From the NCBI GenBank assembly GCA_002633005.1, contig NMRA01000199.1, positions 601,376 through 665,375 on the forward strand: 64,000 nucleotides of DNA, given 5' to 3'. Numbering within the stretch: the first letter of the stretch is position 1; the number at the start of each line of letters is the position of its first letter. This document shows, piece by piece, positions 53,963 to 64,000 of the stretch. Both the position numbers and the translations under genes were made by a program. This DNA is from Phoronis australis. Its lineage: Eukaryota; Animalia; Phoronida. The notes beneath the pieces are model-generated. The model worked only from the letters and a program-made list of their open reading frames with translations, had not been told where the DNA came from and did no database searches.

Positions 53963-55790
53963 AAAGAATAACACAAGCACAGAGAAATAAAAGAGAAACG
54001 TAAAAACACAAGACAAAAAGAGAAAACTACAAGCTCAAGACACGAATCGAAAACTTTATTTCCGTAAAAATATGAGAAACAAAAGTAAAAACCTCTGCAG
54101 GCAGAGCTAAACCTGAAACGCTAAATGACAATCGTGTTTTACGCCGGCCTTGAAAGAGACCAAAGTCATCTCATACTTGTTTTCTAACGTCTTTCTTGCA
54201 AAGGGTTTGCGTTGGTCGCACACATCACGGTGAGTATAGTGGTATTAGCTTTTCAGTACAGTCAGTCGTCAAGGGCGTTAATTAACGACACCAAATGATA
54301 TCTGGCATGTCTTTTACCTCACACCAGTTTGTAATTTCGCCCTTCTCTTGTCGTCTCTTGTAGTCACGATTTCTGATACTAGCCAAATGGAATAAAAATA
54401 CGTTTAATGAGTTGAAACACACTTAGCTTTAAACAATGGTGTGCATAGATTTTTGTCAGTTCTAAAGTCTTTTGAAATAAACGTTTGTATTGTTCGGCAA
54501 AAATGAATTACGAAAATCTGTCCTATCAGACTGCCATGATTTAAAAACTTTACCGGTATGTTTATTGTTTTTATTGGAAAACTCGAACACTGCTGATAAC
54601 TCCACTCCCTCCGTTTTGCTGCGAAACAAGCGCCGTTGACGGGATGACTTTCGTGCTGTTTTATCATTCCTCTACACATCAAGGATTCCTTTCACATATT
54701 TGACAGAAAGAAGAGAAAAGGCGGCAACAACAGGATTGTTCTAAGCCCCCTCAATCCTCTCGACCCCTTGTACCTGCTCCCATGACCTTTTAGAGGGTAT
54801 AGGGACTTTTCCTCTGACGTGAGTGAGGACACTAAATGCGTGCATGTCATAAGGGTAATTTGGATTACGCTAACAATTATAATATGCATTTTTAAGTTGC
54901 GTCGTTGCATATCATAAGGGCTACCGTAATTAAAATCACCCGTTTAATTTAATTACGGCAACCCTTATGATATGCATGCACTTACCTGTATCCTGCGATG
55001 ATGCAACTTAAAAGTTGCGTCATCGCAGCATATAAATACAACCTCTGCAGGTGTTAGTCGTCAAAAGGAACACACCCATTCCATCACAGTCGTGAACATC
55101 AAGTCCTGGTAAGTCTTTGCTCAGAAATTTGTCATGTTCCGAGAATAATGCTACATTATTGCATGCACAATCCGAAAAATGCATTTGTATAGCTAAGGAC
55201 ATTTCGTCATGCTGGTGGGATTCTCTTGTTTTGCCATCAACGTACTTTTCTTTTTTCGCTGACGTTCGCTAAATGTCACTTGACTCAATTAATAGCAGAT
55301 TGGCGAAAAGTAAAAAACATTTTACTGCCTTTCTATTTTTTTAGAAAACATATCCTTTTACTGAGCTTAAATCTATAGTATTGCGAATATATGGTTAAGT
55401 ACACATCCTTGTCGAAAAGGTCCTACATAGGAGCTCCTTATTAAAGGTGCCCTCTAGTTTTTGATTTGGTTCTCCCTTCAGGTTGGCAACCGTTGGCGGG
55501 TACCAAGAGATAGCTTTAGACCCAGCACATCAGAAAGAAACCTGGTGCCACAAAAAGTGATAAAAAATTCCGCTAGACTCGGGTTTGCATGACAAAAGAA
55601 AACCTCAGTAAATTGCAATGACTTAATAAAAACCTGCATAACGTTATATCGGAATGAGGTAGAGACGAGATTTTTGAAGCATTTGATAGCACATTTATGT
55701 CATGTTGAAAGTGAAACTGAATTTAAGTAAGTAAAAAATTGTTGAAATGTCATTAACGTGGCAAATCGTGCAAGGTGTCCGAATTTATGA
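53334..55790. repeat. Segmental duplicate, copy A (~2.46 kb)
   Basis: Colinear, highly similar to 56645-59107 with scattered substitutions and small indels. Confidence 0.93.
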
Positions 55791-56246
55791 ACACGAATCA
55801 TATTACCTTAATAAAAACATCCAGTGTTGTTGCATCGTTCATGTTCTACACATGATGGGGAAGTTTTTAACCTTTCGCTAAACATGGACAACATACAAAT
55901 AGCCCGTTTTGAGAATTTTTGGAAAGGAAATTATTTACGTGCGTAATTTTCACTTAAAGAGTTCTGGAACGCACTATTCAAAGTGGTTCTCTGCCACTGA
56001 AACAGAAGTCAAACTGAACACCAGGTATTTTCCGATTTGTTCGTAAGGATTTAAGATTTCTGTTGATATCAAAGCGTTTTTCTTTTGGTTTCAACTTTCA
56101 TAAAAACGATGTGTCAACTGTTCGTAACTTCAACGATTTTTCTCCAGCAAGGCGAAGCACGTTTTCATATTTGGTGTAGCAAGACATAGACGTTGCACGT
56201 TTCTCTTATATGGAAATATGACCTTTGATCTTTGATGTAAACGAAA

Positions 56247-56489
56247 NNNNNNNNNNNNNNNNNNNNNNNNNNNNNNNNNNNNNNNNNNNNNNNNNNNNNN
56301 NNNNNNNNNNNNNNNNNNNNNNNNNNNNNNNNNNNNNNNNNNNNNNNNNNNNNNNNNNNNNNNNNNNNNNNNNNNNNNNNNNNNNNNNNNNNNNNNNNNN
56401 NNNNNNNNNNNNNNNNNNNNNNNNNNNNNNNNNNNNNNNNNNNNNNNNNNNNNNNNNNNNNNNNNNNNNNNNNNNNNNNNNNNNNNNNN
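56247..56489. other. Assembly gap (243 N)
   Basis: Run of N. Confidence 1.
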
Positions 56490-57285
56490 ATCCATTGATT
56501 TGAGTTGCTGGAAAACAAAATTAGCGTCAACCTCATGGAAATTAAAAGCTATCTCTTCGCTGACCTGGGGTGGAAATAAATGGCTAGTGTTTTTAAATTT
56601 TTGGGCTAGGTTTTGGCCAATATTCGTGAAAAAGTCGTTAAAGGTGGAGTGGTCGGGAACCAGGTTTGGCATTAGTCAAGAGGTTGGTAGTTTGGAAGTA
56701 AGAATGAAGCTGTTTGTGGACCGATTTTTCAAGGATATTTGAAAAAGATGTCAGAATTGAAATGGGTCTGTAATTTGCGCAGCACGATTTGTCACCGTCT
56801 TTGAAAAGTGGAATAACAACGGCCGATTTCCACTCTGACGGTATGGTTGATGTTTTCGATGATGAATTGATCAGTGACGTAGTGGGCTAAGAGATTGTCT
56901 CAGCATATAATTTAAGGATTTTAGTACTTATGCCGCCAATTCCAGTAGCAGAATTGCAATCCATTGATTTGAGTTGCTGGAAAACAAAATTAGCGTCAAC
57001 CTCATGGAATTTAAAAGCTATCTCTTCGCTGACCTGGGGTGGAAATAAATGGCTAGTGTTTTTAAATTTTTGGGCTAGGTTTTGGCCAATATTCGTGAAA
57101 AAGTCGTTAAAGGTATTAGCCATGACTGCATTATTAGATGTCATGCCATCATTCGTATTCAGTTCAGCGATATTTGTATTCGATTTCCATTGTAAAACAG
57201 ACTTTATAATTTTCCATAAGGATTTACCATCTGATTTGTTGTCATTAATGAATGTATTATAATTATCTGCGTTGGCCTGTTTTAA
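56490..57285 (-). mobile_element. Duplicated fragments of the same CR1/L2 element
   Basis: 56645-57285 matches 53334-53962; 56490-56645 matches 53640-53795; ORF 56887-57330. Confidence 0.88.
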
Positions 57286-59107
57286 AGAATAACACAAGCA
57301 CAGAGAAATAAAAGAGAAACGTAAAAACACAAGACAAAAAGAGAAAAATACAAGCTCAAGACACGAATCAAAAACTTTATTTCCGTAAAAAGATGAGAAA
57401 CAAAAGTAAAAACCTCTGCAGACAGAGCTAAACCTGAAACGCTAAATCACAATCGTGTTTTGCGCCGGCTTTGAAAGAGACCAATGTCATCTCATACTTG
57501 TTTTCTAACGTCTTTCTTGCAAAGGGTTTGCATTGGTCGCACACATCACGGTGAGTATATTGGTATTAGCTTTTCAGTACAGTCAGTCGTCAAGGGCGTT
57601 AACTAACGACACCAAATTACATCTGGCATGTCTTTCACCTCACACCAGTTTGTAATTTCGCCCTTCTCTTCTCGTCTCTTGTAGTTATGATTTCTGATAC
57701 TAGCAAAATGGAATAAAAATACGTCTAATGAGTTGAAACACACTCAGCTTTAAACAATGGTGTGCATAGATTCTTGTCAGTTCTAAAGTCTTTTTAAATA
57801 AACGTTTGTGTTGTTCGGCAAAAATGAATTACGAAAATCTGTCCTATCAGACTGCCATAATTTGAAAACTTTACCGGTATGTTTATTGTTTTTATTGGAA
57901 AACTCGTACACTGCTGATCACTCCACTCCCTCCGCTTTCCTGCGAAACAAGCGCCCTTGTCGGGATGACTTTCGTGATGTTTTATCATTCCTCTACACAT
58001 CAAGGATTCCCTTCGCTTATTTGACAAAAAGAAGAGAAATGGCGGCAACAACAGGATTGTTCTAAACCCCCTCGATCCTCTCGACCCCTTGTCCCTCGAC
58101 CCATGACCTTATAGAGGGTACTGGAACTTTTCCTCTCACGTGAGTGAGGACCCTAAATGCGTGCATGTCATAAGGGTAATTTTAATTGCGCTAACAATTA
58201 TAATATGCATTTTTAAGTTGTGTCGTTGCATATCATAAGGATTACCGTAATTAAAACCACCCGTTTAATTTAATTACGGCAACCCTTATGATATGCACGC
58301 ACTTACCTGTATCCTGCGATTATGCAACTTAAAAGTTGCGTCATCGCAACATATAAATACAACCTCTGCAGGTGTTAGTCGTCAAAAGGAACACACCCAT
58401 TCCATCACAGTCGTGAACATCAAGTCCTGGTAAGTCTTTGCTCAGAAATTTGTCATGTTCTGAGAATAATGCTACATTATTGCATGCACAATCCGCATAA
58501 GGCATTTGTATAGCTAAGGACATTTCGTCATGCTGATGGGATTCTCTTGTTTTGCTATCAACGTACTTTTCTTTTTTTCGTTGACGTTCGGCAAACGTCA
58601 CATGACCCAATTAATAGCAGATTGGCGAAAAGTAAAAAACATTTTACTGCCTTTCTATTTTTCAGAAAACATATCCTTTACTGAGCTAAAATCTATAGTA
58701 TTTTAGACATACGGTTAAATACACAACCTTGTCGATTAGGTCCAGCATAGGAGCTCGATAGTAAAAGCGCCCTCTAGTTTTTGATTTGGTTCTCCCTTCA
58801 GGTTGGCAACCGTTGGCGGGTACCAGGAGATAGCCTTAGACCCAGCACATCAGAAAGAAACCTGGTGCCACAAAAATGATAAAAATTCCGCTAGACTCGG
58901 GTCTGCATGACAACAGAAAACCTCAATAAATTGCAATGACTTAATAAAACCTGTATAACTTTGTAACGGAATGAGGTAGAGACGCGATTATTGAAGCATT
59001 CGATAGCACATTTATGTCATGTTGAAAGTGAAACTTAATCTAAGTAAGTAAAAAATTGTTGAAATGTCTTTAACGTGGCTAACCATGCAAGATGTCCGAA
59101 TTTATGA
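56645..59107. repeat. Segmental duplicate, copy B
   Basis: Colinear with 53334-55790; homology ends at GAATTTATGA. Confidence 0.93.
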
Positions 59108-60174
59108 CGCTGTCAAAAGATTCAACAACTTTTTCCACCAAGGTGATTCTAATTCTGTGGGTTTCAACAAATTTGGTGCTCTCCTAGTGACCGACTAACG
59201 ACTTCCAGTTTGCTGTACCTTCTTCGCATTCTCTTTCAAACCAACATTTATTATAGATGGCGCCACTCGCCACGTCCTGTGTTTGTTATGGTAGTGTAGC
59301 GTCCATGGAAACAGACCTTCTGCGTCGTATATCAGTGTTCGTGACAGGACCCCTAGACTTGGGCTAAAATCTCGAGTAAAACTTGGAGCAAAAACTCGAA
59401 ATTTTGAGCTCAGACTGGAACTTGCTGCTTTAATGTAGGGGTCATCAAATGCAAAATAGTATTACATAGTTATCAAGCCACGTAAACTGTAACATACAAT
59501 AAATAACACTTACATGAAGTTCGAACTTTTAAGTTGATTGGAAAATGATAAAAAGGTTTGAGTTCGATTTCGAGTAAAAATATTAGACCCCAGGCCCTGG
59601 TATGAAACATATGAACTTTTGATCTTCAAAAATAATTTCGTTGTGATAAAAATAGCGTGAAATTAATCTCCCTCATCAATCACACCGCCAACGAAGGAAA
59701 CTAAACCATCTGGTTTGAAGCATTAACTACCTACCAGTTCTTAAGGATGGAATTTCTTTCTAATCTGACTTAAGAACACGATAAAACCGACTGTATCAAG
59801 TTTATGACAATAAAACGCCTAAATAAAAGGTTGGTTTTGACTGGGTGTGTGGAAATTATAAGAAAATCATCGTTATGAGGTAAACAATCGGCCTTTGCTG
59901 CTAAGTTACTGGACGTCATTTCATGACCAATCATCACCAGAATAGATCGGATCTGTCTCTACTTGTCTAGGACGCAGCAAGGCATGAGTTTGTGCGGTGT
60001 AAAAATTCAAGTACCCCTCATATATTTCAGATTGTCAAAAACGGTCTGTTCGACACCCACTGTCTTCTCAGTCCAAAGCACACGATCTCACAAGCTAGAA
60101 GGACATACATGTACAAATTCCATCCATTTTAAGTATTTCATTTATATAGCGATATCTCCGTGTTTACAGAAAAG

Positions 60175-60251
60175 ATGAACAACCTTAAGTTCTTGACAGT
60201 TTTGCTGTTGGTCTGCACCGCCATGAAGTTTGCCGACGCCAGCCCAGCGGA
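60175..60251 (+). CDS. Prepropeptide coding exon 1 (signal peptide)
   Basis: AAAGATG start just after a TTTACAG acceptor (60167-60169), implying an upstream UTR exon; consensus donor at 60252. Confidence 0.85.
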
Positions 60252-62459
60252 GTAAGTATTTATTCAGTCGACTCATTCAGTTTTGTATTTGTGGGTATTT
60301 AGTCGAATTCAGTGTTTCCAAGCTCTATAAATATCTCTAAAAGAACCACGATGACGTCAAACTTGAATAACTGCAATACAGAAACCCACATCAATATGTA
60401 TTATCCAAACGCAAATAAATAAAAAGATTATAATCGTTTTATCGAACTTCAGTTAAGGAATTCATCGTAACAGTAAATCGGAACACGTCTTTGGGACTGT
60501 GTATTTCTCAAATCAAATGAAAATTTTGTCGTAACGCCACAAGTGAGCCAAACATTCCTTAACAGACAAGTCTTATTTTTCCGCTGTTGTCGTCATCCAT
60601 TCTTCTTTCTTCTTCAATAGGGCCCGACAGGATCTCGCCGCCGACGAGACCGTCAAGCGAGAGGCAGCGGTGTCAGATGCGGCTGAGGAGAAGCTGACAG
60701 CCAAACGAAACTGTCTTATGGTACGTAGAATGTGACGTTTTTCTTGTCAATGTCATTGTTATATTATTTTTGTCGCAGCTCGCTTGGCCATAGTGGCTGA
60801 CCCAACTCATTATAGATTGTTTGTACCTCTCATAATAATCGCGATTGCGAAGAAATTCAAGAAAACACGTTATTTCGCTAACTTGGCTGCGAAGCATCGT
60901 CAGAAGATCGAATGTTCAGATAGGAAGTCAGCTACACCAATCACTTCGACACGGTCACTGATTTGCTAGAATAGTCTAGTTAATTCTTTGAACCGTTTAA
61001 AAGTTGGTAGTTTTATGCTTTGTAAGGAAACATTCGGGGGCAACGAATTTGTCAATTTTACATGCAAACATTTTTATTAAATAATGGGTTTGGCGTAAGC
61101 AAACAAAAATTTTTGTTGGAAAAATTGGGACAACTTCGAACAAAAAATCAAATATCAAATTTTCAAAACTTGAAAACGTAAATTTTGATCACAAAGAAAC
61201 CTTATACTTTCGAGAAATCATAAGTTTTCCATACATGAAAACTTATGAAGTAATGAAAACTTAAGTTTTTATAATTCGAAAAACTTTAGTTTGTAATAAG
61301 CTTAAGCTATCAGTTTATTTTCAGTTTTGATAATACGAAAACTTAGGTTTTGTGATAAACTTTAAGTTATCAGAAAAACTTAAGCTTTGATAATACAAAA
61401 ATATAAGTTTTGTGATGAACTTTAGCTTCCAGAAAGTTTTCATAAAAAATTAAGCTTATGTGTGAAAACTTAAGTTCTATACTTGAAAAAATTAAGTTTT
61501 CTGAAAAAGCTAAGATGGTGCTGAAAAACTTGGCGAGCGATTTGCCACAGGTGATGTGAGATTGTGAACCAGGAAGTGTAGATCCCAAATCTCAGATGCC
61601 GAATTTGAGATGGATTTCTTAAGAGAAAATTGTTCTAATGTCTGACGTTCAATCAATGTTTTATTCTAAACAACCACTTAAAAGAGATTAATTCATAAGA
61701 ATTAAGACGAAAGTGTTCAGAAAAAATTTCGAAGATGCTTCGGTGACTGGCCTAAAAACGGGCACAGTAAATATGAAAGTGACACGTTCACCAGAGAAGT
61801 CAACCAAATAAACCGATTTTTTCTGTTTGCGAGATTTACTTTTCAGCTATCTTAATGGTCATTAGGTGTCACGTAACAACTTTTGCTGTTCACCGGTCAA
61901 ACAAACTAATAATAAAACTGTTAAAGGAGAATGCCATAGAGAAACGACGTATTTTGTATCAACTTAGACCAAGTAGTTTCATTCGGTAACGGCAAGATCA
62001 GTTCTTTTACCTGACACCAGACGGCAGATTTTGATGCAGTTGTTCAGTGACGACGTATACGCCACTACTATGACGGATTCGGACCCACATTTGCAATGCA
62101 CAGCCACAATGACATCACATTATTTTTCAAAAATTTAGCAGAAGTTGGATTTTTTCCAATTCACATTAACCGCAAAGACAATTTAGCACTCGAGTTCTTT
62201 TCTAAGTCACGTGTCTTGATTAATCGGTGTGCTCCGACGACGGTTGTATACACCCACTCGTGATCTGCGATAGATGAGGAGTAAGATTGATCTGTAGCCA
62301 ATGTTACAATGTTACAGCCACGCATAAATCTGACCTAATTATTATTCATACTGTTTTAAATTTGCATTTGACTGTTTTCGAAATGTCAAAATGACGCCAT
62401 ACTAATTACACCTCGAACTTGATTGGCATTTTCACTCTTTGTTACAGGCATGGTGTTAG
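60175..62459 (+). CDS. Small secreted prepropeptide (62 aa), candidate neuropeptide/toxin precursor: MNNLKFLTVLLLVCTAMKFADA-SPAEARQDLAADETV-KR-EAAVSDAAEEKLTA-KR-NCLMAWC
   Basis: Exons 60175-60251 (GA|GTAAGT), 60621-60720 (long pyrimidine tract + TAG; ATG|GTACGT) and 62448-62459 (CTAAT branch-like site, TTTGTTACAG; GCA TGG TGT TAG). Hydrophobic signal peptide with A-D-A cleavage, acidic spacers, two KR sites. Confidence 0.78.
60621..60720 (+). CDS. Prepropeptide coding exon 2 (acidic pro-region, KR sites, NCLM)
   Basis: GC/CpG-rich 100-nt island after TTCTTCTTTCTTCTTCAATAG; phase 2 to 0, open. Confidence 0.85.
61190..61512. repeat. Degenerate palindromic satellite (AAAACTTAAGTTTT core)
   Basis: More than 10 variants of AAA(C/A)TTAAG(T/C)TT at ~20-30 bp spacing. 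Confidence 0.75.
62448..62459 (+). CDS. Prepropeptide terminal exon (AWC*)
   Basis: Strong acceptor; supplies the second Cys; AATAAA at 62658-62663 downstream. Confidence 0.65.
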   Translation, partial: AWC

Positions 62460-62657
62460 CCATAGCCAACACAGATCCACCACCGCCGCATGCTTCAACA
62501 GTTCAAGTGATTGGTGTATGTTAAGACATTGGCTAGCAAATATAAATACGATTCCAAAACGTCACATCTCGTTGTTTATTTACGTTCATAACCGATAACT
62601 AGATGAATTTTCCAAATGCCTAAATTGTATTGCTAGTTAAATATCAAGTTATATGTA

Positions 62658-62663
62658 AATAAA
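62658..62663 (+). terminator. Candidate poly(A) signal of the prepropeptide gene
   Basis: AATAAA about 200 nt after the TAG, followed by T-rich sequence. Confidence 0.5.
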
Positions 62664-63599
62664 GGCTATTTAACATTTTTAATTGATTACAAAGTGCATC
62701 TTAAGTTTATTTGAAAATCTACCTCATCCAAAATAATACCCGAAACTTCGTTTCTTCAGTGTCAGTTTCATTCTTTATCATTCAGTATGTTATCGATAAT
62801 TATTTTATGACTTGGTTTAATTTCTGAGCTTGACATTGGCAGAATAGACAACACACAGCGCCACCTCTCGCTACCATATTAGGGGAATAAAAAATGTGCC
62901 ACTTGAAAATATGAGGAATTTTCAAATATCCACTGCTTGCAGATAAATCTAGTCACACAGAAAAAATGGATGAACAAGTGCTTCAGAGCTGCAGTGGATA
63001 ATGAAGCTGTTGTTATTATCTTTTAATAGTCCAAAACTCGGTATAGTATAAATATCAAGAATTCGCAATGCAGTTAGAAATATTACCACATAAACTCATA
63101 CGGAGAACGCTGCCGTATGTATTAGTTTTTTTACACATGCAATATTTCACTAAACACAATGGAAAGAAAATAGTTACCTCTCTCAGAACAAAAATTCGCT
63201 GAACAACTGGAACCATGACACCAAAGCTGCTTACAGAAACAGGTTCCCAAAAAGTCAAGACGTCATACCAGACGAAGGGCTGCAAATATAAACAAACTAC
63301 CCACAAACTAGGTGTACCTTTCAATTTTTTCTCTTAATTTCCAAGAATCAAATTGAAAATCATTCAAACACACATGTATGTTCACCAGAACATTCCAGGC
63401 AATTTTGATTTTTACAAAAGTTCGGCAAATATACGTGAATACCACCTAGCCATATTACATGTACAACAGCTTACATGCTGAAATTGTCCTCATCCCTTAA
63501 GCTGCTGTGCAGAGCTTATGGGACGTCCTTGGTGAAGGAGAGCTTCATACTCACACACAGAATATCACCTCTACAAGTAATCACCAGATCATACAGATA

Positions 63600-63960
63600 T
63601 ATAATCATGGAGGATTTAATCGATAAGTATATACTTTTTAGTCAAATGTTTTTGACTAAAATGTGCAGACTTATCGATTGGGTCCTCCTTAAACTCGATA
63701 ATAGCTTTGTATATTGTTTGCGTGATCAACTGTTGTCTCCTCTGACTTTGCTCGAAACTAACATTATACTAAAGTTCACGTATGAATTGCCTGTCTCTGA
63801 GAAGTTGCCTTTTCTCGATGTCCTTGTGCATTATTCCGACGGTGGGTTGCGTACTTTAATTTTTCACAAACCTACAGATATTGGTGCCTGTTTGCATATT
63901 TAGACATGCAATAAGTAAAGAGGATCTCACAACAAAAAATAGAGGAAAGTATATTAAGAA
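63600..63960 (+). mobile_element. Decayed Penelope-like element RT fragment
   Basis: ILKFTYE...LPFLDVLV...TLIFHKPTDIGACL matches the PLE RT thumb motif (KFT.E, LPFLD, YRKPT). Confidence 0.8.
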
Positions 63961-64000
63961 AGTCTGCACATGCGCAGAAAATTTAAGGAATCATAGCAGA

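Noticed and set aside
58341-58610. ORF present twice (also 55020-55202)
   Set aside because: Similarity is explained by recent duplication, the copies differ by a frameshift upstream, and no domain is recognisable.
60709-62459. Calling the peptide vasopressin/oxytocin or urotensin II
   Set aside because: No PxG-GKR or neurophysin and it is not adjacent to the signal peptide; lacks FWKY. Only ring size and position are shared.

Overview
AT-rich, intron-rich eukaryotic (animal, probably invertebrate) genomic DNA; no prokaryotic features. Most ORF-track entries are spurious. By reading GT-AG splice sites and exon phases by hand I assembled two genes. (1) A minus-strand gene of 18 coding exons (ATG 49153 to TGA 3202; 3240 nt, ~1079 aa; all phases compatible). 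It encodes an N-terminal NAV/DIXDC1-like calponin-homology (CH) domain, a long Ser/Pro/Arg-rich linker with short linear motifs, two coiled-coil segments and a C-terminal SAM domain ending in ...NIYIV*. It has neither the AAA domain of neuron navigators nor a DIX domain. (2) A divergent plus-strand 3-exon microgene that the ORF track misses (60175-62459, 62 aa): signal peptide, acidic spacers, two KR sites and a terminal cyclic heptapeptide NCLMAWC, i.e. a candidate novel neuropeptide or toxin precursor. Between them lie a decayed CR1/L2-type LINE and a ~2.46 kb duplication around an N gap that carries a hairpin cluster. The window also holds Penelope-like remnants (one flanked by a 17-bp direct repeat spanning a splice donor, with a nested MITE and a degenerate hammerhead), tRNA-derived SINEs, MITEs and satellites. 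Gene models are manual and need RNA-seq confirmation.
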